A stretch of 64,000 bases of DNA. Origin: Candidatus Latescibacterota bacterium (GTDB taxonomy: Bacteria > Latescibacterota > UBA2968 > UBA8231). Under the pieces are notes generated by a model. That model made no database searches. It saw only the letters and a program-made list of their open reading frames with translations, and was not told the DNA's origin. Positions 20,043 through 30,219 of this stretch are shown here, piece by piece (the stretch's first letter is position 1; each line of letters begins with the position of its first letter). The stretch is taken from contig CBDFJF010000001.1 in NCBI GenBank assembly GCA_965248265.1, positions 288,001 to 352,000 of the forward strand, given 5' to 3'. A program made the position numbers and the translations under genes.

Positions 20043-20948
20043 ATGATCGAAGCGCAACTCCAAACGGATGATTTCAAAGTCTGCGTAACCGTCGATGGCA
20101 AGCCATTCACGGAGTACCGCTACGGGCACTTTGTCTGCCGACCCTACTTCTATCCTGTGCTGACGCCGGACGGTCAGCGCCTGACTCGCGGGTACCCGGC
20201 CGAGAAGGTCGAGGGCGAAACGGATGACCACTATCATCACCGTGGTATCTATGTGGCCCACGGTGATGTCAACGGCCACGAACTGTGGATGGAGAAGGAG
20301 GGCCACGGATGCATGCTGCAGCGCGGGGAACCGGGGGTCGGTGAGACGGATGGGGCCGTTTCCATCTCCGGCATCGTCGACTGGTTCGGGTGCGAGGGGG
20401 AGAAGCTGCTCGAGGAGGCACGTGACATCCGCATATGGGCGGAGGGCGATATGCGCGTCATCGATCACCGCAGCGAGATGCGGGCGCTCTACGGGGACGT
20501 CAATTTCGGGGATACGAAGGAGGGTGGGTTGATAGCCATTCGCGTCCCCACGTCCATGGATGCCCAAGAAAAGGGGCGGATCGAGAACTCAGAAGGTCTC
20601 GTCTACGACAGCGGACAGGGTGAGGAAGTGACCTGGGGTGTGCAGGCTGCCTGGGTCGACTATTCCGGTCCTCTCGCCAATGGCGACGAGTGGGGATACA
20701 CCGTAGTCGATCACCGTTCCAATCCACGCCATCCCACCTACTGGCACGTGCGCGGATACGGATTGTTCACGGCCAATCCCTTCGGGGTCCATCACTTCAA
20801 GAACGACAAGAGCATTGATGCGAGTTTGGATCTGCCGGGCGGGGAGACGGCCGTCTTCCGCTACCGGATCATCATCCATCCGGGGAGGGGGCCAGGCGCC
20901 GCCAGAATCGGCGAGTTGATCGAAGCTTTTCAGTTGTCGCCGAGGTAG
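20043..20948 (+). CDS. DUF6807 / PmoA-like family protein of unknown function
   Basis: RPYFYPV, DHYHHRG, FGDTKEGG, WHVRGYGLFTANPF; soluble, so not the membrane methane monooxygenase subunit. Confidence 0.7.
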   Translation: MIEAQLQTDDFKVCVTVDGKPFTEYRYGHFVCRPYFYPVLTPDGQRLTRGYPAEKVEGETDDHYHHRGIYVAHGDVNGHELWMEKEGHGCMLQRGEPGVGETDGAVSISGIVDWFGCEGEKLLEEARDIRIWAEGDMRVIDHRSEMRALYGDVNFGDTKEGGLIAIRVPTSMDAQEKGRIENSEGLVYDSGQGEEVTWGVQAAWVDYSGPLANGDEWGYTVVDHRSNPRHPTYWHVRGYGLFTANPFGVHHFKNDKSIDASLDLPGGETAVFRYRIIIHPGRGPGAARIGELIEAFQLSPR

Positions 20949-23900
20949 CTGCGGTAGAGGGCTTCCGCGTCGCGCAATGTCGGATTGGTATTCTCGACGG
21001 CGCCAGCGGCAGGCAGTGCCTTCGCCGCAACCGGCTGCGCAGGCGAGGTCACCGACAAGGTAAAGGAGGACTTGATCACCTCGTCGGCATGGATGGTGAG
21101 GCCAAGGATATCGAAGTCGCCCTCACTGTCGCGGGGCAACACGTAGCGACCGTGCCAGATGCCCGGGCCCTGATAGGCCAAGGCCACATCCCGCCATCCT
21201 GAATCCAGCACCCTCAGCAGAGGCTCACGACTCATCCCGCGTTCGCTGATGGCGAATACGTCCACGAAGGCCGGTTGAATCGGATTTGGAATCACTGCCA
21301 ATCGCAAGGTTGCGGGGGAGTCGACGCCGTAGGAGCCATCCACTGGATAGGCCTCCACAACGATTCGGGCCGTCGCCTCCACGCCGCTCCGGTTTCGAGC
21401 CGTCAGAGTGATCATTTCGCTCCCAGGCGGGAATTCATCCGTGGAGATCCTGAGCACATTCGCATCCGTGTCATGTATGAGGTCGACGGGGATCAGGGCG
21501 TCGGCCTCCCACACCAGATTGGCCGGATTGCTACCACCCTCTACCAGGGTCTCTATGTCGATTTCCAGCTGCCGATCTCCTGCAAAAATGGCGATTTCGA
21601 CCAGATCACGCAGGACCAGCTCGGCTGGGGGAGGGAGCACGGTGATGCCGATGAAGGCCTCGAGCACGACGTCGCCAAAGGGGTCGGTTCCCCGAAGGAT
21701 GATGATCTCATTGCCGTCCCAGCCCTCCTCGGCGAGAACGGTCAGGGCGAGCGATTCGGGGTCTATGATGGTCTGAGTGTGGACGCTGCCCGAAATCTCC
21801 CAGCTCCAATCAGCGGCATCGAATCCACTGACGAAGTCACCGATGAAGATGCTCTGATCGAATTCACCGGCGGCGATGGTCAGCGCGGGAATAGGGGCCA
21901 ATTCAGGGATTTCCAACTCTATTGGATCCTGACCCGGATCGACATTCGGGCCCCGGACGCGGATGACCAGCAATTCGCGGGCTTCGTTGCCATCCGGATC
22001 GGTGACCAGGAGCTCAATATCAACTCTTCCCGGTGACACGGACTCAGCGATGGCGATCGTCAACACGTGCGTCGTGGCGTCCACGCGCAGCTCGATCCCT
22101 TCCTCCGTTGCAGGAAGAAGCCACTCCATCTGACCGGGATCGTGATCCAGGTCAAAGACGTAGCTGTCCAGGTCCAGGGAGGCGTCGATGCCGCCGACGG
22201 GCAGCTCGATTACGGGAAGAGGGGCAACCGAGGGTTCACCTGTGGCCGAGGCCGCGAACACGGTGAGATCGAAGGACGCGGTTTCGCCCGTCGGGTCGCT
22301 GACCGTGAAGCGCAATGTTTCGGTGTCGGTGAAATCGGGAGGAGCTTCGATACGGGCGTCGCCGCTACTACTGAAACGGACGTCGAGGGCGCCCTGCCCG
22401 CTGACATGCCATGAAAGATCCTCGGTTTGATCGTCCGGGTCGACGACCAGGCCGCCCAATTCGAGAATGGAGTGCGTCCCGGGGAACAACCCCAACCGTT
22501 CTGGTGCGGTCAGGATACTGGGAGCAAGTGACGCAAGCACGGTAACCGTCAGCGGGACCGTGTCTGTCAGGCCCTGGCTATCCTCGACCAGCAAGGTGAT
22601 CGTCTCCGTCCCCATCCAATCCATCGGTGTGCTCACGACCAGGCGTGATCCACGCCGTTCGAGGCTCACCTGGTCCTCGCCAGTCCACGTCAGACTCAGG
22701 GTGCCGATGTCGTCCTCCATGTCCTGGATGAGTGCACTCATGGTCAGACTGGAGTCTTGTCTGCCTCTGACAATCTGGAGGTTCGGGGCAACCTGGAACG
22801 CAGGCGCGTCGTTAAGGGCAGCGACTGACACCGGGATCGATGTTGAATCGGCAAAGCCGAATTCGTCGGTTACGACCAGATGAACCTCTCCTTCGCCGCT
22901 CCAGTTCGGGTTCGGCTGAATTCGGACGACGAACGGTGGGCCGCTGACGCTGGCCGTCAAGTTTTCTGTCGCCGTAACTGTCCAGGTGAGTTTGGCAGCT
23001 GGCGAGTCGGGGTCATCGACCCAATCATCGACTGTCAACTCGAAGATGGTATCCTCGTCGATGTCGATAGAATCCAGCATCTGGCCCAGTGTCGGTGCGG
23101 CGTTCACGAACACATCCACCGTGGTGAGTGCGGACTGGCCATCAGGATTAGTAGCCATCAGTGTGACACGCTCCCACAACGACTCATCGCCCGGGGCCGA
23201 GAGCAGCCGCCGCCCCGTCTCCACATCATGTGTGAGCGACAGGGCACTGCTGGACGTGAAAGACCAGACGATCTCCTCGCTGCTGTAGAGGGGATCGAAC
23301 ACAGCCCCGTCGAGCCGAAGGCTGGTGCTGTCGAGTTGGCCGCGCGCCAGAACGATGGTGGAGGGCAGTCCCTCCAGGGTGATTCCCTGAACAGTGACGC
23401 TCAAAGGCGTGATGAAGCGGAAAGGGCGGTGGTTGCCGTCGGGGGTGAAAAAACGCGTTTCGCGAATGCCGGTCTCGTCGATCCTGACGACGGATTCGGC
23501 CGTCGGCGCCTTGGCGCGAAGTCGCAAATAGGCTGTCGCCCCGGCCCCCATGTCGGTGGCGCGGACGACGCTGAAGTCCAACTGGGTCCCGGCCTGGCTC
23601 GCCGCAGGGTCATCTGCATCCAACAGGTCGTTGCGGAAGATCTCTCCGTTGCGCATGAAGATACCGGGTGCGAAGGGTTGGAAGCCGCTCGAAATGGCAT
23701 CGCGGTCTTCCTCGACCAGTTCGAAGACAGTCTCGTCGAAGGTCAGGAATATCGCCGCTCCAGAGAGAGACTGGTTCTCTGAATCGACGAAGAGCTCGAA
23801 CTCGATCTCCTGGCCGACCATGGTATTGATTTCAGTAAGGCCGGACTGGACGTCGCGCAGTTCCAACTTGGCCGCCAGTAGGGGATCCTGGGCGATGCAC

Positions 23901-23995
23901 AGGAAAAGCATCATCGCGGCCCCGGTTAAGGCCCCCGGTCTGAGAAACCCGCTTCGTTCCATCGCTTGAATCGTTCCTTCGCTGTGATAGACCAC
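20930..23995 (-). CDS. Large secreted protein: N-terminal cohesin-like domain plus tandem cadherin-like/Ig repeats
   Basis: Signal peptide; VGQEIEFELFV...LSGAAIFLTFDETVFELV; repeats of type NxAP...DxD...LxW...W/FxGxE...VxDxxG. Start may be ATG at 23962. Confidence 0.8.
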   Translation of the reverse strand: MVYHSEGTIQAMERSGFLRPGALTGAAMMLFLCIAQDPLLAAKLELRDVQSGLTEINTMVGQEIEFELFVDSENQSLSGAAIFLTFDETVFELVEEDRDAISSGFQPFAPGIFMRNGEIFRNDLLDADDPAASQAGTQLDFSVVRATDMGAGATAYLRLRAKAPTAESVVRIDETGIRETRFFTPDGNHRPFRFITPLSVTVQGITLEGLPSTIVLARGQLDSTSLRLDGAVFDPLYSSEEIVWSFTSSSALSLTHDVETGRRLLSAPGDESLWERVTLMATNPDGQSALTTVDVFVNAAPTLGQMLDSIDIDEDTIFELTVDDWVDDPDSPAAKLTWTVTATENLTASVSGPPFVVRIQPNPNWSGEGEVHLVVTDEFGFADSTSIPVSVAALNDAPAFQVAPNLQIVRGRQDSSLTMSALIQDMEDDIGTLSLTWTGEDQVSLERRGSRLVVSTPMDWMGTETITLLVEDSQGLTDTVPLTVTVLASLAPSILTAPERLGLFPGTHSILELGGLVVDPDDQTEDLSWHVSGQGALDVRFSSSGDARIEAPPDFTDTETLRFTVSDPTGETASFDLTVFAASATGEPSVAPLPVIELPVGGIDASLDLDSYVFDLDHDPGQMEWLLPATEEGIELRVDATTHVLTIAIAESVSPGRVDIELLVTDPDGNEARELLVIRVRGPNVDPGQDPIELEIPELAPIPALTIAAGEFDQSIFIGDFVSGFDAADWSWEISGSVHTQTIIDPESLALTVLAEEGWDGNEIIILRGTDPFGDVVLEAFIGITVLPPPAELVLRDLVEIAIFAGDRQLEIDIETLVEGGSNPANLVWEADALIPVDLIHDTDANVLRISTDEFPPGSEMITLTARNRSGVEATARIVVEAYPVDGSYGVDSPATLRLAVIPNPIQPAFVDVFAISERGMSREPLLRVLDSGWRDVALAYQGPGIWHGRYVLPRDSEGDFDILGLTIHADEVIKSSFTLSVTSPAQPVAAKALPAAGAVENTNPTLRDAEALYRSYLGDN

Positions 23996-24047
23996 CTCAG
24001 AGTCGTGACTACTCCCTGGGTGGATACATGTTTCCGTGGTGGAATCG

Positions 24048-24062
24048 GCAAGAATCGTGCCA
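24048..24062 (-). promoter_or_regulatory. Sigma-54 (-24/-12) promoter motif facing the 1021-aa cohesin gene
   Basis: Minus strand reads TGGCACGATTCTTGC, a full match to TGGCACG-N4-TTGC. Confidence 0.8.
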
Positions 24063-24202
24063 CCTAACCCAGTGAGGATTCCATGCCTTACTGGTCCTTC
24101 AGATCAGCAGGAAATGCCACCTCGAGGAACAATTTTCCCGGCAACGGAGTGCCCTCACCCAAGGATTCGGGGGTGTCAGGAAGGATAGGGAGGGGCGGAT
24201 CA

Positions 24203-24217
24203 TGGCATTGATCTTGC
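24203..24217 (+). promoter_or_regulatory. Sigma-54 (-24/-12) promoter motif facing the giant-protein operon
   Basis: TGGCATTGATCTTGC: GG-N10-GC spacing with TGGCA and TTGC. Confidence 0.72.
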
Positions 24218-24324
24218 TCAAACTACCTACGAATACCGTCAGAGCTCCCACCGCACGATGCGGGGGGTCCTGAGCCATCCTCTCCTCAACTGTGGTGGTC
24301 CGGGACAAACCGAAGGAATGGAAA

Positions 24325-27300
24325 GTGAAACACCAGAGCCAACACAGCGTCCTGTCCCCAGGGCGTAGCAGCAGTTCCGGCCGGCCGACTCGTGGGTGGA
24401 GTCCGTATTCATCCCGCTGCGATACGCAACGGCGTCCTCTATTGACTGCCATTGCCCGGTCGATAGGCGTTCTTATCGTGGCCTGTGTTGCCACCGTGAA
24501 CGCGGCTGTTCCCACCTTCGAAAACCAGACTCCGACCGGATTTTCGGCTCAAGACAGTACCGACAAGCAAGACTTCGTCGAAGGGCAGGACATAACAGTC
24601 CGCGTCGATCTGAACCAGGCAGCGACACCGACCTACCCGGTCATCGGCAATTTTCACAATCTGGAAACCGCAGAAATACTAGAGTCCCGCGACGTTGATG
24701 GTTTACGGGCGGACGTTGTTGTATCGGACGGTGGAATAGTTCACACGGCCTGGATCACTCAGGAAGTGGTGTCGCCGGTGACAACTCCTGTCTACAACGT
24801 CCGTTACGCCCGCAGCAACGACGGTGGCGACAGCTTTTCGACTCCCGTCAGCGTGTCTGGTAGCTTGCGTTTTGACCTATTGACGATCGACGGCGCCGGA
24901 CCCTCGTTTTCGACTGTTGACATCGAAGTGGACAGTCGCGGCAATCCGCGCGTCGTCTACGCCTTCAATCACTCGCCCGACGGTCACACGGTTGGCTTCG
25001 CGAGCAATCCGGACAATGTCTACTTCAATCACTCCGAGAACGGTGGAGCCACGTGGCTGCCGAACAACTCGGCCGTTCGTGTCAACGACATTGACGTAGT
25101 GGGCGAAGGCGTGTTGTCGGCCTTTCCGCGCATGGCGATCGATCAGCGCGACAACATCTATATCACCTACGTCCGCGGAACGACGATAACCGCTGCAGGA
25201 GGCGACGACGTCATGCTGACGAAGGTGGACCGGTCGACGAGTCCGTTCACGATGGAGCAGATCGGCTCCACTGGAACTGTTGGCAGCAGCGGCGGTGTGC
25301 GCATCACCGGTGACGCAGAACGGCACACGGGACCTGACATCGACGTCGGCACCGGCGATGTACTGCACGTCATCTTCTTTCGAGAGGATGCCGTCAGCGC
25401 CAACTCCACTATTGAGCACAAGACTCTGCTCGGTGATTTCTGGAATGTCGTCGATGCCAGCGGCTGGAATCAGGGTGTGGACGGAGCCCAGCTGGATGTA
25501 TTCGATCCGGAGCCGGCGACAAACGCTTCGCTGGAACAAAGGGCCACGTTCTACTTCCCGAGCATAGCCGTCGACCAGGTGAGTACGCCTGATCGGATCT
25601 ACGCGTTCTACAAGTCAGGCACTGCGGGACTGGAGACGGTCGTTTTCAACAACTACGTCTACGACAATGCTATTGGCGGCAGTGCCGGATGGCTGCAGGC
25701 GCAAGCATCGACCGTATGGAGCACGGCCAGTTCGGTCGTTTTCGCGGATGGTGATCTGGCCTACAACATCGAGCTGGATTGGACCGTGACCGAGCGGGTT
25801 GAGGCGGTCATCGACGACCGCCGCCCGGACCGCGGCGACGTCCACATCGTCTTCACCGCCGGCTACAGCAATAACGCGGGTGGCGCCAGTGAGCACGACA
25901 TCTATTACGGCTTTTACAATGGTGTGACCTGGACCTTGCCGGAGAAAGTCGCCGACGACGACTCCGACAGCGCCACCGAAGATGGCATTCGAGCCACCGA
26001 CACCTACCTCGTCGCTCCGACCATCGCCAAGGATTCCGACAGTGAGAACATCTACATGGTGTTCGGAGGAGGGACCGCGGAGGGGCTGGGCGTCAGCGGT
26101 GTCACGGACGCCAATCACCATGCCTACTTCAAGGTGTTAGGCCGCGCGGTGACGTCCGAAGATGTGTCTGTACCCGTCGGTGGGTTTCAGTACGACCTGG
26201 ACTATACCCCTATCAACCCCCACGACGCCACCGCAGACATCGATAACCAGCCGGTGTGGGTCCATGTAGCCGACAACGTTGACGGAGACGGACTCGGAGC
26301 CACGGGCAAGCAGGGGGATGGCTTCCTCGCCGGTGACTGGGAAACTGTGGCCGCTTTCACATTGGCAGATGACGACAAATTCTTTGAAGGCAAGGTCAAC
26401 GAAGACGCGTCGAACACCCACGAGTGGGGGGACGACAATGACAAGATCGGCTTGCTGGTCAAGCTCAACGTGCTCGGGAAGGATTCGGCCACTAACCTGC
26501 AGGTAGTCACCAACAGCACAGCGAGTGACGCCGGCAGCGGCAAAGGGGCCCGGACAATCAGTGTCTCAAATGCGAATCCGACACTGAACGTGGACACCTT
26601 CATCTCACCCCTCGATTTCTTCCTCCTGGGAGCAGACATCGACATCGTCGATTCGAACACCTCTCCCACGGTGGCGGTTTTTCAACCAGACGGTGTAGGG
26701 GATATTGCCAACGACTCCTACTCAATCAAGTACACCCTGAAGGATCCCGACGACGACCTATCCACCGGTGGCTTGCTCGCCGCGCTCTATTTCTCGGAGC
26801 ACAGCGACCTGGCCTCGGTCCAGGACATCCGGATTTTCGGTACGCTGATCGTAGACGAGAACGACAACAGCACGGTTTTCGCCAGCGGCACCGACGATTT
26901 CAGCGAAGCAGCCAACGAGAGCTACCTGTGGGACGACCCCTCAGCCGCGCTCAAGGGCAAGCTGTTTGCCAGCATTCATCAGGTGCCCAGTGGCACCTAC
27001 TTCATTTACCTGGTCGCCGATGACCAGAAGAATTCCGCCGTTTTCGCGCGCAGTCCGGGCTCGGTTACCGTCCTGCACAAGCCCATCGTTCAGTATGTCG
27101 ATCCAGCCGGTATCGATACCGTGGACACGGGCGTGCGCAGCGGCCGTCTGGCCAATCCCTACGACTTCGATTTCTTCGTCCAGGATTTCGATCTCCAGGG
27201 CGCCGCCGAAGTGCAGTTGTTCTTTTCAGCCGTGAGCGGCTTGAGCTCGATATCGATCAGCGGGTTTTATCCGAACCAGAATTTCGTGTTGGGCAAGAGC

Positions 27301-30207
27301 CTGTCGGGAAAACGAGCGACGGCGATCGAAAACTCGGATTCGTTGACTACCTCGGATGTCGAATTTTCATGGGACCTCACCGATTCCGTGTGTGTGGCCT
27401 CGGTGTGCGCGCCCGGCGACTCGACGATCGTGCGGGAAGGCTCCTATTTCCTCTATGTCGTCTCCAACGATTCGGTCAACACCACGGTCGGACAGAGCAA
27501 GGGCTCTCTGATCGTCAAGCACTCGCCCCAATTTACGTTTTTCGAACCGCCACGCGACACGCATCGTCCGATCAACACGGGCTCGCAGCCGACCTACACG
27601 ATTCAATGGCAGAAGGGGTCGGGTGACGATGACTTCGATGACGATGCCACCATCGACCTCTACTTCACCACTGACAACCCGGCGACGACCAATTACGAGG
27701 ACTTTCCCGATTCGCTCCTCCGGGACCTCGACACCAAGGTCGTTGTGACTGGATTGAGTGAGGACGGCGAGGCAGCGAACGACATGTACATCTGGGATTT
27801 CCGCGATCCTCCTGCCGATGTGCCCGTAGACGGCCTGAAATCATACCTGTACGCCGTGATCACGGACGACACCGGGAACAAGGACGTGGAACTGGGTGGT
27901 GCGCTAACCTTCGACCATACGCCCACGATAATCATGACCAGCTCAGATCTCGCAGATCTGGCGAGCTTCGATCTGAATGATGTATTGCGCATAACCTGGG
28001 ACGACTACCTCGTCGACGACGCCGTAAGCACGGACGACGCCTACATCCGGCTGTACGCCGATGACTCCGGGGGTAACTTCACGACGATCGCGGCAGTGGA
28101 CGCAGCCGTGGATGGGGCTTCGACGTTTCTCCTCAATAGCTCCAATGGCGATATCACCGGCACGATCGACACGCTGCGCGAGAGCAGTGTCAACTACTTC
28201 GACTGGAATACCAAACTATTCGGGTCGGCGGCGACGAGCTACGACATCTACGCAGCGATCAGCACCGATCCGACGTTCAGCAACAACACGGCGGGCAATC
28301 CGCAGCTACAAGTGAGTTCCACGCAGCTGTCGATCGTCGGCGCGGCGGGTACTCCTCCCAAGGTCAGTATCAGTCCCACCGATCAGGCCGTTGCCATCGG
28401 CGACACCTTCACCTTCGACGTGATGGTGCAGCACAACAAACCGATCAATCTGGTGCAGATTGTGATGGAGGTTGGCAGCAACGACTTCCAAGTACTGGAC
28501 CAGGACGCCGACCAGGGCGGGACCCAACCCTTCGTCGACCTGGACAACGTCTTTACCGGAGCCACGCCGATCGAGAATGCACTCGATGGCGCCAATCTGC
28601 GCTTTGCCAAGTCCTCATTTGGAGGCGAGCTGGTGGGCACTCCGACCGAGCCGGTACGCTTCGCCAGCTTTCAGCTGGCGGCTTTGAACACAATGGACAG
28701 CGCACCCTCCCTGAACTTTACCGGAGGCACCAGTGGTACCGTGTTCGGGTTGGTAGGAGACAGCGATCCGCTGACCACCCCGGCCCTGACCGCACCGGAA
28801 GCCCAACTCACGCGGGTCAGGCGGGGCATCATAACGGCAACTGTTGAGCTGGAGGGCCGGACCATCCCGCCGGCCGCTGGTGACCATACGACGCTGCTCG
28901 ACGTGCACCTGCGCATACCCGGAAGCACCATTGATCTGACGGACGACAACTATGTCACCCGCAATGATACGGACTTGACGACGGCGGATACGCTGGAAGT
29001 CGAAACGGACGCCTCCGGGGCGCTGAGCCTGTTCAGCATTCCGGCCGGGCGTTACATACTCACCGTGAAGGACTCCAGTCATGTCAGCGGCCGCAGCGAC
29101 ACCATAACCGTGCGCAACGGGGAAACTGTCGATATCAACGCCAGCAATCTGGGTTTCTTCGGCTCAGATCTAAGAGGCGACCCCACGATCCAATTACCCA
29201 ATACCGGCGCGGAACTGATTGCCGGAGATGCCAGCGAAGACAACGAGATCAACGAAGACGACGTCAATATCGTCATAGCCGCGTGGGGTACCGACGACAC
29301 CAAGCCGTCGTTCGAACAGGCGGACATGAATAACGACGATGAGGTTGGGGCTGCCGATTTGACGGTGACGACCTCCAACTTTGGCAACGTGACCGGATTC
29401 GGGGCGCCGCCCGTGTACAAAGCACTCGCCAACGATGTCGTGGATGTGGAGTGGCCCGAGCGTCTCAACCCCCGGTCTGGGGTAGGAGACAACAGCGGCG
29501 TCGCACTGGAGCTTCGCCCTCTCTTCAACCCCAAGCAACGGCTGCTACCGGGGGACGAGATCGGATTCGAAATCGTGGCGCGGGATCTGGACGATCTGGC
29601 CGGCTTCGAGTTGCGGCTTCGCTTCGACGAACAGGCTCTGACCATTCTATCCGAAAAAACGACTCGGGGTGAAGTGTTCAGGCCCAACCGGCGCGGCTCA
29701 GTTTTTGAGACTCAGGAAGAGGGAGGCGAATTGCGGATCATCAGCTCGCGCGTGGGTAAGGAGTGGGCGGCAACAGGTGACGCCAGTCTGGTTGAACTGT
29801 GGTTCACAGTCGCCGATGGCAATATGGACGACGCCATCGAGATGGCCGAAGGGCTGCTGCTGAATCCAGCCTATATACCCGCGAACGTTAGTTGGACCGG
29901 CAGTCTGTCGGACTTGTTTTTGCCAGGTCAGATGGAATTGGATCAGAACTATCCGAATCCCTTCAACCCGTCGACGACTATACCATTCGCACTGCCCAGC
30001 GCGCGCGGCAACCTTCGGCTAGAAATTTACAACGTGATAGGCCAAAAGGTGAGGACCCTGATGACTGGTCCAATGGACGCCGGGTTTCACTCGATCGTCT
30101 GGAATGGCATGGATGATACCGGTCATTCAGTCGGCGCTGGCCTCTACTTCTCCCTCCTGGAAGTGGGTGAGTTCACCCAGACCAGGAAGATGCTCCTGCT
30201 GAAGTAA
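24325..30207 (+). CDS. Giant secreted multidomain protein A (Asp-box propeller region, Ig-like repeats, cohesin, dockerin, cohesin, FlgD/T9SS-like CTD)
   Basis: Open frame 24292-30207; GTG at 24325 is the inferred start. Motifs: RSNDGGDSF, HSENGGATW, AIGDTFTFDVMV, GDASEDNEINEDD...ADMNNDDEVGAAD, LAGFELRLRFD, QNYPNPFNPSTTI...TRKMLLLK. Confidence 0.88.
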   Translation: MKHQSQHSVLSPGRSSSSGRPTRGWSPYSSRCDTQRRPLLTAIARSIGVLIVACVATVNAAVPTFENQTPTGFSAQDSTDKQDFVEGQDITVRVDLNQAATPTYPVIGNFHNLETAEILESRDVDGLRADVVVSDGGIVHTAWITQEVVSPVTTPVYNVRYARSNDGGDSFSTPVSVSGSLRFDLLTIDGAGPSFSTVDIEVDSRGNPRVVYAFNHSPDGHTVGFASNPDNVYFNHSENGGATWLPNNSAVRVNDIDVVGEGVLSAFPRMAIDQRDNIYITYVRGTTITAAGGDDVMLTKVDRSTSPFTMEQIGSTGTVGSSGGVRITGDAERHTGPDIDVGTGDVLHVIFFREDAVSANSTIEHKTLLGDFWNVVDASGWNQGVDGAQLDVFDPEPATNASLEQRATFYFPSIAVDQVSTPDRIYAFYKSGTAGLETVVFNNYVYDNAIGGSAGWLQAQASTVWSTASSVVFADGDLAYNIELDWTVTERVEAVIDDRRPDRGDVHIVFTAGYSNNAGGASEHDIYYGFYNGVTWTLPEKVADDDSDSATEDGIRATDTYLVAPTIAKDSDSENIYMVFGGGTAEGLGVSGVTDANHHAYFKVLGRAVTSEDVSVPVGGFQYDLDYTPINPHDATADIDNQPVWVHVADNVDGDGLGATGKQGDGFLAGDWETVAAFTLADDDKFFEGKVNEDASNTHEWGDDNDKIGLLVKLNVLGKDSATNLQVVTNSTASDAGSGKGARTISVSNANPTLNVDTFISPLDFFLLGADIDIVDSNTSPTVAVFQPDGVGDIANDSYSIKYTLKDPDDDLSTGGLLAALYFSEHSDLASVQDIRIFGTLIVDENDNSTVFASGTDDFSEAANESYLWDDPSAALKGKLFASIHQVPSGTYFIYLVADDQKNSAVFARSPGSVTVLHKPIVQYVDPAGIDTVDTGVRSGRLANPYDFDFFVQDFDLQGAAEVQLFFSAVSGLSSISISGFYPNQNFVLGKSLSGKRATAIENSDSLTTSDVEFSWDLTDSVCVASVCAPGDSTIVREGSYFLYVVSNDSVNTTVGQSKGSLIVKHSPQFTFFEPPRDTHRPINTGSQPTYTIQWQKGSGDDDFDDDATIDLYFTTDNPATTNYEDFPDSLLRDLDTKVVVTGLSEDGEAANDMYIWDFRDPPADVPVDGLKSYLYAVITDDTGNKDVELGGALTFDHTPTIIMTSSDLADLASFDLNDVLRITWDDYLVDDAVSTDDAYIRLYADDSGGNFTTIAAVDAAVDGASTFLLNSSNGDITGTIDTLRESSVNYFDWNTKLFGSAATSYDIYAAISTDPTFSNNTAGNPQLQVSSTQLSIVGAAGTPPKVSISPTDQAVAIGDTFTFDVMVQHNKPINLVQIVMEVGSNDFQVLDQDADQGGTQPFVDLDNVFTGATPIENALDGANLRFAKSSFGGELVGTPTEPVRFASFQLAALNTMDSAPSLNFTGGTSGTVFGLVGDSDPLTTPALTAPEAQLTRVRRGIITATVELEGRTIPPAAGDHTTLLDVHLRIPGSTIDLTDDNYVTRNDTDLTTADTLEVETDASGALSLFSIPAGRYILTVKDSSHVSGRSDTITVRNGETVDINASNLGFFGSDLRGDPTIQLPNTGAELIAGDASEDNEINEDDVNIVIAAWGTDDTKPSFEQADMNNDDEVGAADLTVTTSNFGNVTGFGAPPVYKALANDVVDVEWPERLNPRSGVGDNSGVALELRPLFNPKQRLLPGDEIGFEIVARDLDDLAGFELRLRFDEQALTILSEKTTRGEVFRPNRRGSVFETQEEGGELRIISSRVGKEWAATGDASLVELWFTVADGNMDDAIEMAEGLLLNPAYIPANVSWTGSLSDLFLPGQMELDQNYPNPFNPSTTIPFALPSARGNLRLEIYNVIGQKVRTLMTGPMDAGFHSIVWNGMDDTGHSVGAGLYFSLLEVGEFTQTRKMLLLK

Positions 30208-30219
30208 GGCGGGGTACTC

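Noticed and set aside
20043-20948. PmoA-like family label as evidence of methanotrophy
   Set aside because: The protein is soluble with no TM helices, and there are no pmoB or pmoC neighbours.
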